DNA from: the human T2T-CHM13v2.0 reference genome, Homo sapiens
Length of the DNA stretch: 64,000 nucleotides
Assembly (NCBI RefSeq): GCF_009914755.1
Contig: NC_060947.1
Strand: one strand, 5' to 3'
Shown here: piece after piece, positions 24,767 through 44,805 of the stretch
Numbering within the stretch: the stretch's first letter is position 1
Layout: the number at the start of each line of letters is the position of its first letter
Notes under the pieces: model-generated
Told to the model about the DNA's origin: nothing
Databases searched by the model: none
Seen by the model: only the letters and a program-made list of their open reading frames with translations
Program-made: the position numbers and the translations under genes

Positions 24767-26729
24767 TTTTTATTTTTATTTTTATTTTTATTTTTTTTTA
24801 TTGATCATTCTTGGGTGTTTCTCGCAGAGGGGGATTTGGCAGGGTCATAGGACAATAGTGGAGGGAAGGTCAGCAGATAAACAAGTGAACAAAGGTCTCT
24901 GGTTTTCCTAGGCAGAGGACCCTGAGGCCTTCCGCAGTGTTTGTGTCCCTGGGTACTTGAGATTAGGGAGTGGTGATGACTCTTAACGAGCATGCTGCCT
25001 TCAAGCATCTGTTTAACAAAGCACATCTTGCACCGCCCTTAATCCATTTAACCCTGAGTGGACACAGCACATGTTTCAGAGAGCACAGGGTTGGGGGTAA
25101 GGTCATAGATCAACAGGATCCCAAGGCAGAAGAATTTTTCTTAGTACAGAACAAAATGAAAAGTCTCCCATGTCTACTTCTTTCTACACAGACACGGCAA
25201 CCATCCGATTTCTCAATCTTTTCCCCACCTTTCCCCCCTTTCTGTTCCACAAAACTGCCACTGTCATCATGGCCCGTTCTCAATGAGCCGCTGGGCACAC
25301 CTCCCAGACGGGGTGGTGGCCGGGCAGAGGGGCTCCTCACTTCCCAGCAGGGGCGGCCAGGCAGAGGCGCCCCTCACCTCCCGGACGGGGCGGCTGGCCG
25401 GGCGGGGGGCTGACCCCCCACCTCCCTCCCGCACGGGGTGGCTGGCCGGGCAGAGGGGCTCCTCACTTCCCAGTAGGGGCGGCCGGGCAGAGACGCCCCT
25501 CACCTCCTGGACGGGGCGGCTGGCCGGGCGGGGGGCTGACACCCCCCACCTCCTTCCCGGACGGGGCGGCTGGCTGGGTGGGGGGCTGACCCCCCCACCT
25601 CCCTCCCGGACGGGGCGGCTGGCCGGGCAGAGGGGCTCCTCACTTCCAGTAGGGGAGGCCGGGCAGAGGCGCCCCTCACCTCCCGGACCGGGCGGCTGGC
25701 CGGGCGGGGGGCTGACTCCCCCACCTCCCTCCCGGACGGGGCGGCTGGCCGGCTGGGGGGCTGACCCCCCCCACCTCCCTCCCGGACGGGGCGGCTGGCC
25801 TGGCGGGGGCTGACCCCCACCTCCCTCCCGGACGGGGTGGCTGCCGGGCGGAGACGCTCCTCACTTCCCAGACGGGGCGGCTGCCGGGTGGAGGGGCTCC
25901 TCACTTCTCAGACGGGGCGGTTGCCAGGCAGAGGGTCTCCTCACTTCTCAGATGGGGCGGCCAGGCAGAGACGCTCCTCACCTCCCAGATGGGGTCGCGG
26001 CCGGGCAGAGGCGCTCCCCACATCTCAGACGATGGGCGGCCGGGCAGAGACGCTCCTCACTTCCTAGATGGGATGGCGGCCAGGAAGAGGCGCTCCTCAC
26101 TTCCTAGATGGGATGGCGGCCGGGCAGAGACGCTCCTCAATTTCCAGACTGGGCAGCCAGGCAGAGGGGCTCCTCACATCCCAGACGATGGGCGGCCAGG
26201 CAGAGACGCTCCTCACTTCCCAGACGGGGTGGCGGCCGGGCCGAGGCTGCAATCTCGGCACTTTGGGAGGCCAAGGCAGGCGGCTGGGAGGTAAAGGTTG
26301 TAGCGAGCCGAGATCACGCCACTGCACTCCAGCCTGGGCACCATTGAGCACTGAGTGAACAAGACTCCGTCTGCAATCCCGGCACCTCGGGAGGCCGAGG
26401 CTGGCGGATCACTCGCGGTTAGGAGCTGGAGACAAGCCCGGCCAACACAGCGAAACCCCGTCTCCACCAAAAAAATACGAAAACCAGTCAGGCGTGGTGG
26501 CGTGCGCCTGCAATCGCAGGCACTCGGCAGGCTGAGGCAGGAGAATCAGGCAGGGAGATTGCAGTGAGCCGAGATGGCAGCAGTACAGTCCAGCTTCAGC
26601 TCGGCATCAGAGGGAGACCATGGAAAGAGAGGGAGACCGTGGGGAGAGGGAGACCGTGGGGAGAGGGAGAGGGGGAGGGGGAGGGGGAGGGGGAGGGGGA
26701 GCGGAGGGAGAGGGAGAGGGAGAGGGAGC
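24767..26729 (-). mobile_element. Full-length SVA retrotransposon (probably SVA_D-like)
   Basis: On the + strand: poly(T) tail, SINE-R (ttgatcattcttgggtgtttctcgcagagg...), GC-rich VNTR at about 25300-26240, Alu-like region, then (GGGAGA/GGGGGA)n hexamers. 16-bp TSD TTGTATATGTATTTCT at 24751-24766 and 26730-26745. Confidence 0.96.
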
Positions 26730-27021
26730 TTGTATATGTATTTCTGTCTTTTTCTTTCTCTCTTCTCCTTTTGATACTCCTAAAATGCATATGTTGGTAT
26801 GTCTGATGATGTCCTATAGGTCGCTCAGGTTCTGTTTATTTTTCTTCATTCTTTTGCCTCGATCTTTAGAATGGATAATTTCAATTGACTCATCTTCAAG
26901 TCTGTGATCCTTTCTTCTGCCTGCTCTAATTTCTATCTCTTTATCAATATTCTCATTTTTTCATACATTATTTCACTGATTTACTTTAATTTTTTGTACA
27001 TGGTTTCCTTTAGCTCACTGA

Positions 27022-27120
<99 letters not shown>

Positions 27121-27137
27121 TGAGACCATCCTGGCTA

Positions 27138-27359
<222 letters not shown>

Positions 27360-27366
27360 CTAGTAA

Positions 27367-27720
<354 letters not shown>

Positions 27721-28074
27721 TGAGCCACCGCGCCCAGCCTTACTTTCTTGTTTATTTGTATGTTTTATAATTCATTTGAGAACTGGACATTTTAAGTATT
27801 ATTTTGTAGTAACTCTGGAGATCTAAATCTCCTCCTCAGGGATTGCTGAATCTTGCTTGTTGAAGGCCAGAGCTATCTGTTTGTGACTTCCACAAACTAA
27901 TTTTTGCAAATTGTATATTCCTTGTTGTGTGTCGCCACTAAAGTTTCTGTTCTGTTATCTCTGAGGTCAGTCGATGACCTGACAAAGATTTCCTTAAATT
28001 TCTGGCTCTCCTTATAAGGCTACCTTCTTTTGAAAAAAGAAAAGAAAAAAAATAAATAAAATTTCTGGCTTCTC

Positions 28075-28440
28075 AAAAGGGAAATGGCTATCAAGCTATG
28101 AAAAGACATGAAGGAAGCTTAAATGCAATTACTAACTGAAAGAAGCCAATCTGAAAAGGCTACATACTGGATGATTTCAACTATATGACATTCTGGAAAG
28201 GGCAAAACTATGGAGATGGTAGAAAGATCTGTGGTTGCCAGGGGTTGGGGGGAAGAGGGATGAATACGTGGAGTACAGAGGATTTTTAAGACAGGGAAAC
28301 TATTCTGTATGATACCATAATAGTGAAAACATGTCATTATACATTTGTCAAAACCCATAGAATGTATAATACCAAGAGTGAACCTTAAAATAAACTACGG
28401 ACTTTTGAATGATAGTAATGTGTCAGTGTAGGCTCAACAA
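28075..28440 (+). mobile_element. Old L1 3' end fragment (L1MC/MB-like)
   Basis: GAAAGAAGCCAATCTGAAAAGGCTACATACTG...TCTGTGGTTGCCAGGGG...CATTATACATTTGTCAAAACCCATAGAAT. Confidence 0.75.
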
Positions 28441-28465
28441 TTATTTATTCACTTACTTATTTTAA

Positions 28466-29385
<920 letters not shown>

Positions 29386-29701
29386 TAGCACACTGTTCTT
29401 TGTTCTCTTTTTCCATTCTGATGCTAGAGTTTGATAGTAGGGGAGGTTGTGGGGTGCAGCACGGAATATATGGGAACTCTCTGTACTTTCCACTTGATTT
29501 TACTGTGAACTTAAAATTGCTCTAAAAAATAAAGTCTATTTTTGGTAGAAACAGGGTTTCATCGTGTTGCCCAGGCTAGTCTCAAACTCCTGAGCTCATG
29601 CAATCTGCCCACTTCAGCCTTGCAAAGTGCTGGAATTATTAGGCATGGGCCACTGTGCCCAACCTGGAAATATATTAATGTAAGGTTTGTTTTTTTTTTG
29701 A

Positions 29702-30007
<306 letters not shown>

Positions 30008-30615
30008 TGAAATAGTATAATATTTGAAGGTAGATGGAGATAGGTTAAAAATGTCTCTATAAACCTGTAAGCAACCACTAAAACAAGGAGGAATAGCTAA
30101 TAACCCAATATAGGAGATATAATGGAATAAAAGTAATATTGACTAATCCAAAAGAAGTCAGAAAAAGAGAACAAAGAGATGGGACGAATAAAAACAAGAT
30201 GATAGACCCAAATCTAATTATATTAACAATCATTAAACTTAGATGTTCTTAACACCCTAATTACAGGGTAGAGATGATCAGATTGGGTAGAAAAGCAAGA
30301 TTTGCCAGGTGCAGTGGTTCACACCTATAATTTCAGCACTTTGGGAGCTGAAGGCAGGTGTATTGCTTGAGCCCAGGAGTTCAAGACCAGCCTGGGCAAC
30401 ACAGAGACCTGTCTCTGCAAAAAGTAAAACTAGACAGGTGGCTGGGCACGGTGGCTCACGCCTGTAATCCTAGCACTTTGGGAGGCCGAGAAGAGCAGAT
30501 CACCTGAGGTCAGGAATTTGAGACCAACCTGGCCAACATGGCGAAGCCCCCTCTCTACTAAAAATACAAACATTAGCCAGGTGTGGTGGCGCGTGCCTGT
30601 AGTCTCAGCTACTTA

Positions 30616-30867
<252 letters not shown>

Positions 30868-31554
30868 CTACAAAAAATACAAAAATTAGCTGGGCATGGT
30901 GGTGCTCGCCTGTAGTGGAGAGGCTGTGGTGGGAGGATCACCTGAGCCCAGGAGGTGGAGGCTGGGGTGAGCTGTGGTCATATCACTGCACTCCAGCCTA
31001 GGGACAGAGTGAGATTCTGTCTCAAAAAATAAATGAATAAAGAAATAAAATTAATTAAAAATTTTAAATTTATTTTAAAATTATAAAAACAATAAATAAA
31101 AATTAAAAATGTAATATACCAAAAACCACTGAATTGTAAATTTTAAATGGTGTATGAATTTATATCTCAGTAAAGCTGTACGATTCCATTTATATAAAAC
31201 TCTTGGAAATTCAAACTAATGTACACTGATAGAAAGGAACTGTAATTCTCGCACTACCTCATTGTCTTTTTTTTTTTTTAAGATTATATTTGTTTTGGAG
31301 ACTGGGCTCTCGCGATGTTGCCTAGGCTGGACTTGAACTCCTGGGCTCAAGCGATCCTCTCCCACTCAGCCTCCAGAGTAGCTGGGACTACAGGCGGGCA
31401 CCACCACACTCGGTTTGTGTTTTTGTTTATCTTTTTAAGAATTATTTTATTAAAAAAAATTATTTTTTGGTTTGTTTGTTGAGACAGAGTTTCGTTCTTG
31501 TTGCCCAAGCTGGAGCGCAATGGTGCGATTTTGGCTCATTGCAAGTTCAAGTGA

Positions 31555-32047
<493 letters not shown>

Positions 32048-32249
32048 TGAGCCATCGCGCCCACCCAAATTTTTTTTTTTTACCTCATTGTCTTTACTTA
32101 CTTTTTTTTTTTCTCTCAAATACTTTCTCATGTCCGTGTCTCTTTAAGTTCATATTAGTCCAAAGGAGAAAATAGGACTTGGGGATCTGGGGAACACGGG
32201 GTGGTCTCACTTTGCCAAGGGAAAGATGAGGTTTGGGGGTTCCTGGGCT

Positions 32250-32640
32250 GAGTAACTCGTACTGAGGTCGCGATCTAAGTAGTCCTCGATTACCTGAAGA
32301 TGTAGTGTAGAAGCCTGTGACTTACAGTGAGGCTGGCCCTAGAACTTCACTTCCCAGGAGGTTTCAGGCATCGAGTGGAGACTGTGTCCGACAGCGGAGT
32401 GGGACTTGGTCGCAGTTCGCAGAACCTGCCCAGCCCAACTCAAGACGCCCGGGAGGCTCTGGCGTTCGAATGGCTCTGGAGAACGATCGGATTGAGAACC
32501 CCCGAGCCAATCCCTAACTGCGATCTTCTCTCTCCGAGTCTCCCTATCCCCCAGGAGCTTGTTTTAGAGACGGTTGTCTTATGAGCCACTCCCTGGATGG
32601 AAGGGATTTGAGGATGGGGTGAGGTGTGTGTACGTCAGGG
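32250..32640 (+). promoter_or_regulatory. Small non-repeat CpG-enriched patch, candidate promoter/first exon
   Basis: Local CpG cluster in unique sequence. ZNF143/SBS-like AACTTCACTTCCCAGGAGGT at 32343-32362 and a possible donor GG|GTGAGG at 32619. Confidence 0.5.
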
Positions 32641-33218
32641 AGACTGAGCCAGCTTTCCTGTATGTGAATCTGATGGAGGGTACCTCTCTGTCCCAGCCTC
32701 ACACGTCCATGTGAAGCCCCGGAATCAACTACCCTTGGTGGAGAAGGATGTGTGTGAAGTGTCAAACGGGCTTGTGGTGTAAGTTGATGGATCACTAGGC
32801 TTGCCTGTCCTTCATTTAAATTTCCAAGTGCAAGATAGTCTCCTCTGGCTCAGGGCTGGGGAGGGTTCAAGTGGCTTGCTTCATCTCGGAGTGTCCTAGA
32901 GTCTCTTTTAACCTGTCTTGAACCAAATAAGTCAGTCTCCCCTGATTCAGTAGATAAACTAAGTTGCAGAAAGTAGAGTAGATTAAAAATGGGGTCTTCT
33001 ATTGAATTATTTGGGTTTCAGAAAGTTAGAGCCATTCAAGTGGATGTAAACTCAGACTTGTGGGAAGACGGTTGACACATGGAGAATGTGTTAGGAACAG
33101 TACCACTTTGAGCTGGACTCTTGTCTTGACTGTTGTTAGGACTTTCATATTGTGTGTCTAGCCCAGGAGACAGTTGACTGCCAGGCAGACTGTACCTGTG
33201 GAGAAGGATGCTTTAGGA

Positions 33219-33394
33219 CAAGCTTGTCCAACCCGTGGCCCAACACAAATTTGTAAACTCTCTTAAAACAATATTTTTTTTGCAATTTTTTGTTTTTTTT
33301 AGCACATCAGAATCGTTAGTGTATTTTATGTTTGGCCCAAGACAATTCTTTTTCTTCCAATGTGCAGGAAAGCCAAAAGATATGGACACCACTG
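33219..33394 (-). mobile_element. MER30-like hAT MITE
   Basis: Terminal CAAGCTTGTCCAA...TGGACACCACTG. 8-bp TSD CTTTAGGA/CTTTAGTA. Confidence 0.8.
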
Positions 33395-33554
33395 CTTTAG
33401 TAGATGAGGTTGGAAGACTTTTAAGACATTGTAATACCAGGGTTAGGAGTGAATGACTCACTCAGGGGCCTTCTGGGGTGCTGTCTCGACAGCTCCAGGC
33501 CTCTCCCAGTTTCCAATCCTTTAAGCATACCTAAAGATCTCTGATTTATTTGTT

Positions 33555-33558
33555 TGAT

Positions 33559-33597
<39 letters not shown>

Positions 33598-33600
33598 TTT
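33555..33600. repeat. (TTTA)n tetranucleotide repeat (Alu tail-derived)
   Basis: Read directly, ahead of an internally deleted antisense Alu. Confidence 0.9.
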
Positions 33601-34176
33601 CAGACAGGGTCTGGCTCTGTCACTCAGGTTGGAGTGTTGGCCAGGCTGGTCTTGAACTCCTGACTTCAAGTGATCTGCCCTCCTCAGCTTCCCAAACTGC
33701 TGGGATTACAGGCGTGAGCCACCGTGCCCGGCCTGTCCCTAAGAGTTTTACTCTGGTTCAGCAACTGCCTAAGTTGCACTGTTGTTCTGGAAGCAGTCAC
33801 TTTGAGCAGAGGTGTTGGACACTGGATGATACCTAGAGGAAGCTGGGAAAATGAGTTGCACAGACAGTAATTGTTGTAGGAATTCAGAGGGGAAATACAT
33901 TTATCCAGATCAGGAAAGTCAAAGAAGGCTATTCTCGAGGAAGGTGGTGATGACTGTGCCCCTCTTCTATCGACCTTGTGTGTTTGATCCTTATGCCTAT
34001 TCCTAGATGGAAAAAGAACCGGCTGATGGTCAGTGAATACCCTGGGGTGGTTTCCTACCAGAGTTAAATTATGCTCTGGACTTATTTTAGCTGTGGAACC
34101 TGTGCTAAAGAAGACTTCTAGGTGGGAGGCCTCGCCACTCAGAATTGGCTCTGTGTGGGCAGAGAGCAACCCCTAG

Positions 34177-34559
<383 letters not shown>

Positions 34560-35409
34560 TGATATGGGCCTAATGTAGACCTTAGCTAATGAGACAACAG
34601 AATGGGGGATGTCTCTATTTCCCCAAATCCTCAAGGTGAGAAATAAATTGATTCTCAATTTTTTTTCTGTAACCAAATATATATGATTATTTAATGCCCT
34701 TTCCTCTGTGCTCTGACACTTAAAGAAGTCACTGCTATAAGAATTAGGTCTGAAATTAGGGCAGTAGTTAAGAACCTACAGAAAGTAGAGTACTTCGGGA
34801 CCTAAATTGAGGGCAAGGCATTGATGGGGTATTAATATGGGGGTATAAATATAGGAACTCATAATAAACAAGCTTCTTGGAGATCATCTCTGCCATATCA
34901 TTTACTGTGAAATACTGATTCATGAAGAAATGGATGAGTATGGTGGCATTAAGACCTGTAGTTTTACTCACATAAGGTTGAAGGGGATGAGACTCCTGGT
35001 TTATCTAGCATTGTAACCATATTACAGAATTTTTGCCTTCTCCAGTAGTAGAATAGTAGAATTATTAAGAAGACATAGTAGCTTCTAACACTTAATGAGT
35101 ACTGGCTATGTGAGAGAGACTAATAAGTACTACGCATGCCTTCTTTCATTTAACCCTCAGGTTAAAAATTTTCTCTGGCTGGGTGCGGTGGCTCATGCCT
35201 GTGATCCCAGCACTTTGAGAGGCAGAGGCGGGTGGATCACTTGAGGCTAGGAGTTCAAGACCAGCCTGGTCAACATGGTGAAACCCTGTCTCTACTAAAA
35301 ATGCAAAAATTAGCTGGGCGTGGTGGCACATGCCTATAATTCCAGCTACTCGGGAGGCTGAGGCACAAAAATCGTTTGAACCCAGGAGGCAGAGGCTGCA
35401 GTAAGCTGA

Positions 35410-35814
<405 letters not shown>

Positions 35815-36527
35815 TGATCTGCCCGCCTCCGCCTCCTAAAGTGCTGGGAATACAGGCGTGAGCCACCGCGCCTAGCCCTCTTAACCATTTCTCTAGCTGA
35901 GTGTGACTTGTCTGCCTTTCTCTCCAGTATTGTGATGTCTCTGTTTTTCAGGAATGGAGGTTCCTCTGCTGGCTCTATAGCCAGAGACCCAAAGTGACAG
36001 CCATGTTTCTTGATTCAACCCTGGAAACCTTCTATGATAATTTTTAAAAATTACTAACCATTTATTGAGCACCTACAATATTTTAGTACCTTTGATACAG
36101 TAGATCCAGACCTTATGATAACGGTGTAACACAAATACCTATGTGGATGAATGGTTTTTAATCTTTTTGAGCTCACCCAAAGATTAAAAAGCCTTCTGTG
36201 AGATACTGGTGACAGCTCTGGACCTTCTTTCCAGAAAAATTCACTTATGCACATATACATAGTATTGTACACAACTTCAGAAGAGGCTTCTAGGACCTAC
36301 CGAAGCCCATCCTCTAGTAGTCCACAGACTCCAGGGTAAGAACTCTTGACTTATACAACCCTTTGTAGCTGACTCTTGTATGGCATTAAGGGTATAGAGA
36401 GTGTGGGGGGCATCTTATCTTCCTCATCTTCTCCTCAGAGAGAAATGTTTAGAATAGCTCCCTACATTAACCAAGCATCTCTGAATATTCTTTCTGTCTC
36501 TCTTGTACATAGGACTACAAGGGAAGA

Positions 36528-37101
36528 ATGCAGACAATCAAATGTGTGGTTGTAGGAGATGAGGCTATAGGTAAAACCTGCCTCCTCATCAGTTATACAA
36601 CAAATGTCTTTCCTGAGGAGTATATCCCCCCACTGTCTTTGACAACTATAGCGTCCAGACATCCGTGGATGGGCAAATCATTAGCCTGAACACGTGGGAC
36701 ACTGCTGGCCAAGAGGAGTATGATGACTGCGAACACTCTCCTAACCCCAGACCAGTATCTTTGTTATTTGTTTTTCCACTGGGAACCCATCCTCTTATGC
36801 CAATGTGAGGCATAAGTGGCACCCAGAGGTCTCCCATCATTGCCCCAATGTGCCTGTTCTGCTGGTAGGCACCAAGAGGGACCTGTGGAGTAACCTTGAG
36901 ACAGTGAAGAAGCTGAAGGAGCAGAGCCTAGTACCCACGACTCCCCAGCAAGGCACTTCCCTGGCTAAGCAGTTGGGGGCTGTGAAGTATCTGGAATATT
37001 CGGCCCTGATGCAGGATGGGGTGCATGAGGTATTTTTAGAAGCTGTCCGGGCTGTGCTTTACCCTGCTACAAAGAACACCAAGAAGTACATCCTCTTATA
37101 G
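36528..37101 (+). pseudogene. RHOG2P: RhoG-like small GTPase pseudogene
   Basis: [34 protein letters not shown] / TVFDNYS...[10 protein letters not shown] / LRTLS*PQT...[17 protein letters not shown]...KKYILL*. Lesions: +2 nt in the C6 run at 36626-36631, -1 nt near 36725, TAA at 36742-36744, and CAAX Cys changed to Tyr. The symbol comes from my recollection of the locus. Confidence 0.9.
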
Positions 37102-37288
37102 CTTCTAGGTGCTACTTGGGGACTGCAACTAAGAAGTATAAGGGTGATATTCCTTTGTCAGCAGTTAAAGAGTGCCAGCATGGGCTATTGCAGAAACCCT
37201 AGACTGCAGGATATTCAGCTCTTGGAGGAACAAAGACAGACTTGTTTGTACATGGCTGCTTTGAAGTTTGGTCTGACCTTTTGGAGGA

Positions 37289-37290
<2 letters not shown>

Positions 37291-37342
<52 letters not shown>
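37291..37342. repeat. (GT)26 microsatellite
   Basis: Perfect GT run 190 bp downstream of the RhoG-like stop codon. Confidence 0.97.
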
Positions 37343-37343
<1 letters not shown>

Positions 37344-37578
37344 TCCCTTGTCAAAGTGGTAAGAGGAGGTGCCACTCAGTGCTGTTCTTTTCTCTCCTGG
37401 CCAGGCAATGACTAAGCAGAGCAGCTTAGGACTGTTCATTGTAGACTTTTGCTTGTCTGCTTTTAAATCTAATTGGAGCTTTCCTTGCTATATTTACCAC
37501 TGAGCAAGTGCCTCATGGAAGGACAAGTTTATCCGGTTTTATTTATTATTATTATTATTGTTATTATTATTTTTTTGA

Positions 37579-38290
<712 letters not shown>

Positions 38291-38315
38291 TGAACATGGC
38301 TCACTGCCATCTTGA

Positions 38316-38537
<222 letters not shown>

Positions 38538-38624
38538 TGAAAACCATATTATGGGCCAGGTGCAGTGGCTCACGCAGGTAATCCCAGCACTTTGGGAGGC
38601 CAAGGCAGGCAGATCACGAGGTCA

Positions 38625-38873
<249 letters not shown>

Positions 38874-40579
38874 TTATGTGTAATTCCTGGGTGTTCCCAG
38901 TGTTGACATGTTTCTCCCATTCTTGAGATGAGACATGTTCACAAAAATGGTTTAGGAGCATTTTTTAAAGTTCTGTGAGTTGGTAATAGATGTTCCTTAT
39001 AAGAGTTCTGTGAGAAGAACAGAACTCTGTTCTTCCTACTGGGGATTAAAAAAAAAAAAAAAGGAAAAAACGGTTCTGTCATCAAATAAGCTCAAGAACC
39101 AGCAATTTAAAATAGTGCTGAGCGCGGTTGCTCATGCCTATAATCCCAGCACTTCGAGATGCCAAAGCGTGTGGATGGCTTGAGCTCAGGAGTTTTAGAC
39201 CAACCTGGGCAACATGGCGAAACTGTCTCTACAAAATATGTGAATATTAGCCAGGTGTGGTGGTGTGCGCCTGTAGTCCCAGCTACTGGAGGGGCTGAGG
39301 TGGGAGGATCACTTGATCCCGGGAGGTTGAGGCTGCTGTGAGCTGGGTTTGTACCACTGTACTCCAGCCTGGGTGACAAAGAGAGGCTCTATCTCAAAAA
39401 TAAACAAATAAATAAATAAAACTGAACAGGTTCTTTAATGGCAAGATTTTATAACTTAATATGATGTATGTAACATTTCTCAAACTTATTTCACCACTGA
39501 ATTTTTTTGTTGGTCCCATGCAACACCTATTAATATGTTTGGTGACAATATTTCTTTTTTTTTTTTTTGAGATGGAGTCTCGCTCTGTCGCCCAGGCTGG
39601 AGTGCAGTGGCGTGATCTCGGCTCACTGCAACCTCCGCCTCCCGGGTTCAAGCAATTCTCTGCCTCAGACTCCTAAGTAGCTGGGATTACAGGCACCCAC
39701 CACTGCGCCGGGCTACTTTTTGTATTTTTAGTAGAAACAGGGTTTCACCACCTTGGCTAGGCTGGTCTTGAACTCATGACCTTGTGATCCACCCGCCTCA
39801 GCCTCCCAAAGTGCTGGGATTACAGGCGTGAGCCACTGCACCTGGCTGATACCATTTCAAAGAATGGGTTAATGGGAACTAGGAATTTCCAAGGAAGAGG
39901 CTGTAAAACCAAAAAGCATAATGTAGTCTTGTTCTTTTTGATGCTTTCCTCTTCATGCCTTTGAGACAAATGTTTATCAGCATGATCTTGTTATTTGTTC
40001 CTCTGCTTCGGGAGATGGGTCTGGCACTTAGTCATGATAGTAGTGCATTGGAGGTGGGATCTGACAGTGAGATCTGCTATCACATCCTGATAACACTATG
40101 GGCCTTGTGATGTGGAATTACCAATCCCTCTGAAAAAAAGCTTGTGTCTAAGTCTTCCGTGTGGCCCCTCTGTCACTTTCAGCTTTAAGGATAGACCACT
40201 CAAGGTTAACCCACAACAGGGTGCAGTGGCTCACTCCTGTAATCCCAGCTACTCACGAGGCTGAGGCAGGAGGATCGCTTGAGGCCAGGAGTTTCAGAGC
40301 AGCCTGGGCAACATAGGGAGACCCCCATCTCTATTAAACATTAAAAGAAAAAGGAGAAAAAAATAAGTTAACCCCCTAAATAAAACTAACAAATAAAATA
40401 CTGTCCTGCCAGTCATTGTTGGAGTTCTGTACTTTTTCTGAGACTTCTCTTCTGCCCTTGTGTCTGGGTTTAGCTGTTCTGAGTCTACACAGGCTGCCTT
40501 GCTTGCTTCCTGTCCTTCCCTGCTTGGAACATCTCCCTGTGTGTTTATTCAGCTCTGTGTGTCTTTTGAGGTCTTTTAG

Positions 40580-40987
<408 letters not shown>

Positions 40988-40990
40988 TAA

Positions 40991-41098
<108 letters not shown>

Positions 41099-41115
41099 TG
41101 AGACCATCCTGGCTA

Positions 41116-41373
<258 letters not shown>

Positions 41374-41604
41374 TCATTTGATCTGGAAGGAAAACTTACT
41401 TCTTCACCTAGCGCACAGTGGTTGATAACTCCACTGTGCACACATGCTCCCTGCCAAATAGCATTGGGTTTTTGAGAGTTTGGGAAATGAAGCTAAAGGA
41501 TTGCCTGGTCCCCACCCCCTGCAGTGGGTAAGGTGTCTGTGCTTTGTTCTGTGGTAGCCTCCCTGTTGCTCTTTGACAAGGTTTGGTCAGCATAGCCTCC
41601 TGGA

Positions 41605-41831
41605 TAGGGGTGACAGATAAAATACACGATGCCCTGTTAAATTTGAACCTCAAATAAACAGATAATTTTCTAGAATTTTTTTAAATCCCCAAACTGTATT
41701 TTTTTCAACAGAAATTTTTTAGTGTATATACCATGCAGTATTTGGAACATACACTAAAACATTATTGTTTATCTGAAATTCAAATTTAATGGGCCATCTT
41801 GTGTTTTTATTTGATACATCTGTCAAGCCTA
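41605..41831. mobile_element. MER53-like palindromic hAT MITE
   Basis: TAGGG(G)TGACAGAT...GTTAAATTTGAA...TTCAAATTTAA...TCAAGCCTA; degenerate hairpin architecture. Confidence 0.75.
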
Positions 41832-41974
41832 CTCTTGGAGAATCTGGAACCTGAAAGTCAAGCAGATATCAAGTATTGATAGAAGATAAAAGGTTACATA
41901 AGCTCCCTATTCTCTTTCCTTTTCTTCTGGTTTCCCTTTTCTCTCACCATGGGCTAAAGTGCATGGGCTAAAGT

Positions 41975-42009
<35 letters not shown>

Positions 42010-42100
42010 TTTCTTTCATCACTGCACCCTTAACTTTGGATAGCTCTTCACTGTTGACACCATTGGTTGTCTAATGGCTGTGGAGAGTCCAGGTTGGGCA

Positions 42101-43020
<920 letters not shown>

Positions 43021-43045
43021 TTATTATTTATGTATTAATATTTAA

Positions 43046-44805
<1,760 letters not shown>

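Noticed and set aside
24767-26729. Possible identity with the XDP (DYT3) disease SVA
   Set aside because: That insertion lies in TAF1 intron 32, far downstream. This element is upstream of exon 1.
24970-26907. Cluster of overlapping Gly/Arg/Pro-rich ORFs and a tandem repeat array
   Set aside because: This is SVA VNTR and hexamer sequence. It is GC-rich and stop-poor, and not CRISPR-like because there are no unique spacers.
33684-34169. 161-aa minus-strand ORF in mostly unique DNA
   Set aside because: Non-ATG start, ends inside an Alu, and no recognisable motif.
36805-37101. 98-aa ORF as a functional truncated GTPase
   Set aside because: It starts at GTG, lacks the P-loop and switch regions and lacks the CAAX cysteine. 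It is the 3' half of the pseudogene.
41605-41831. MER53-like hairpin as a microRNA precursor
   Set aside because: The arms are too degenerate and interrupted to support a call from sequence alone.
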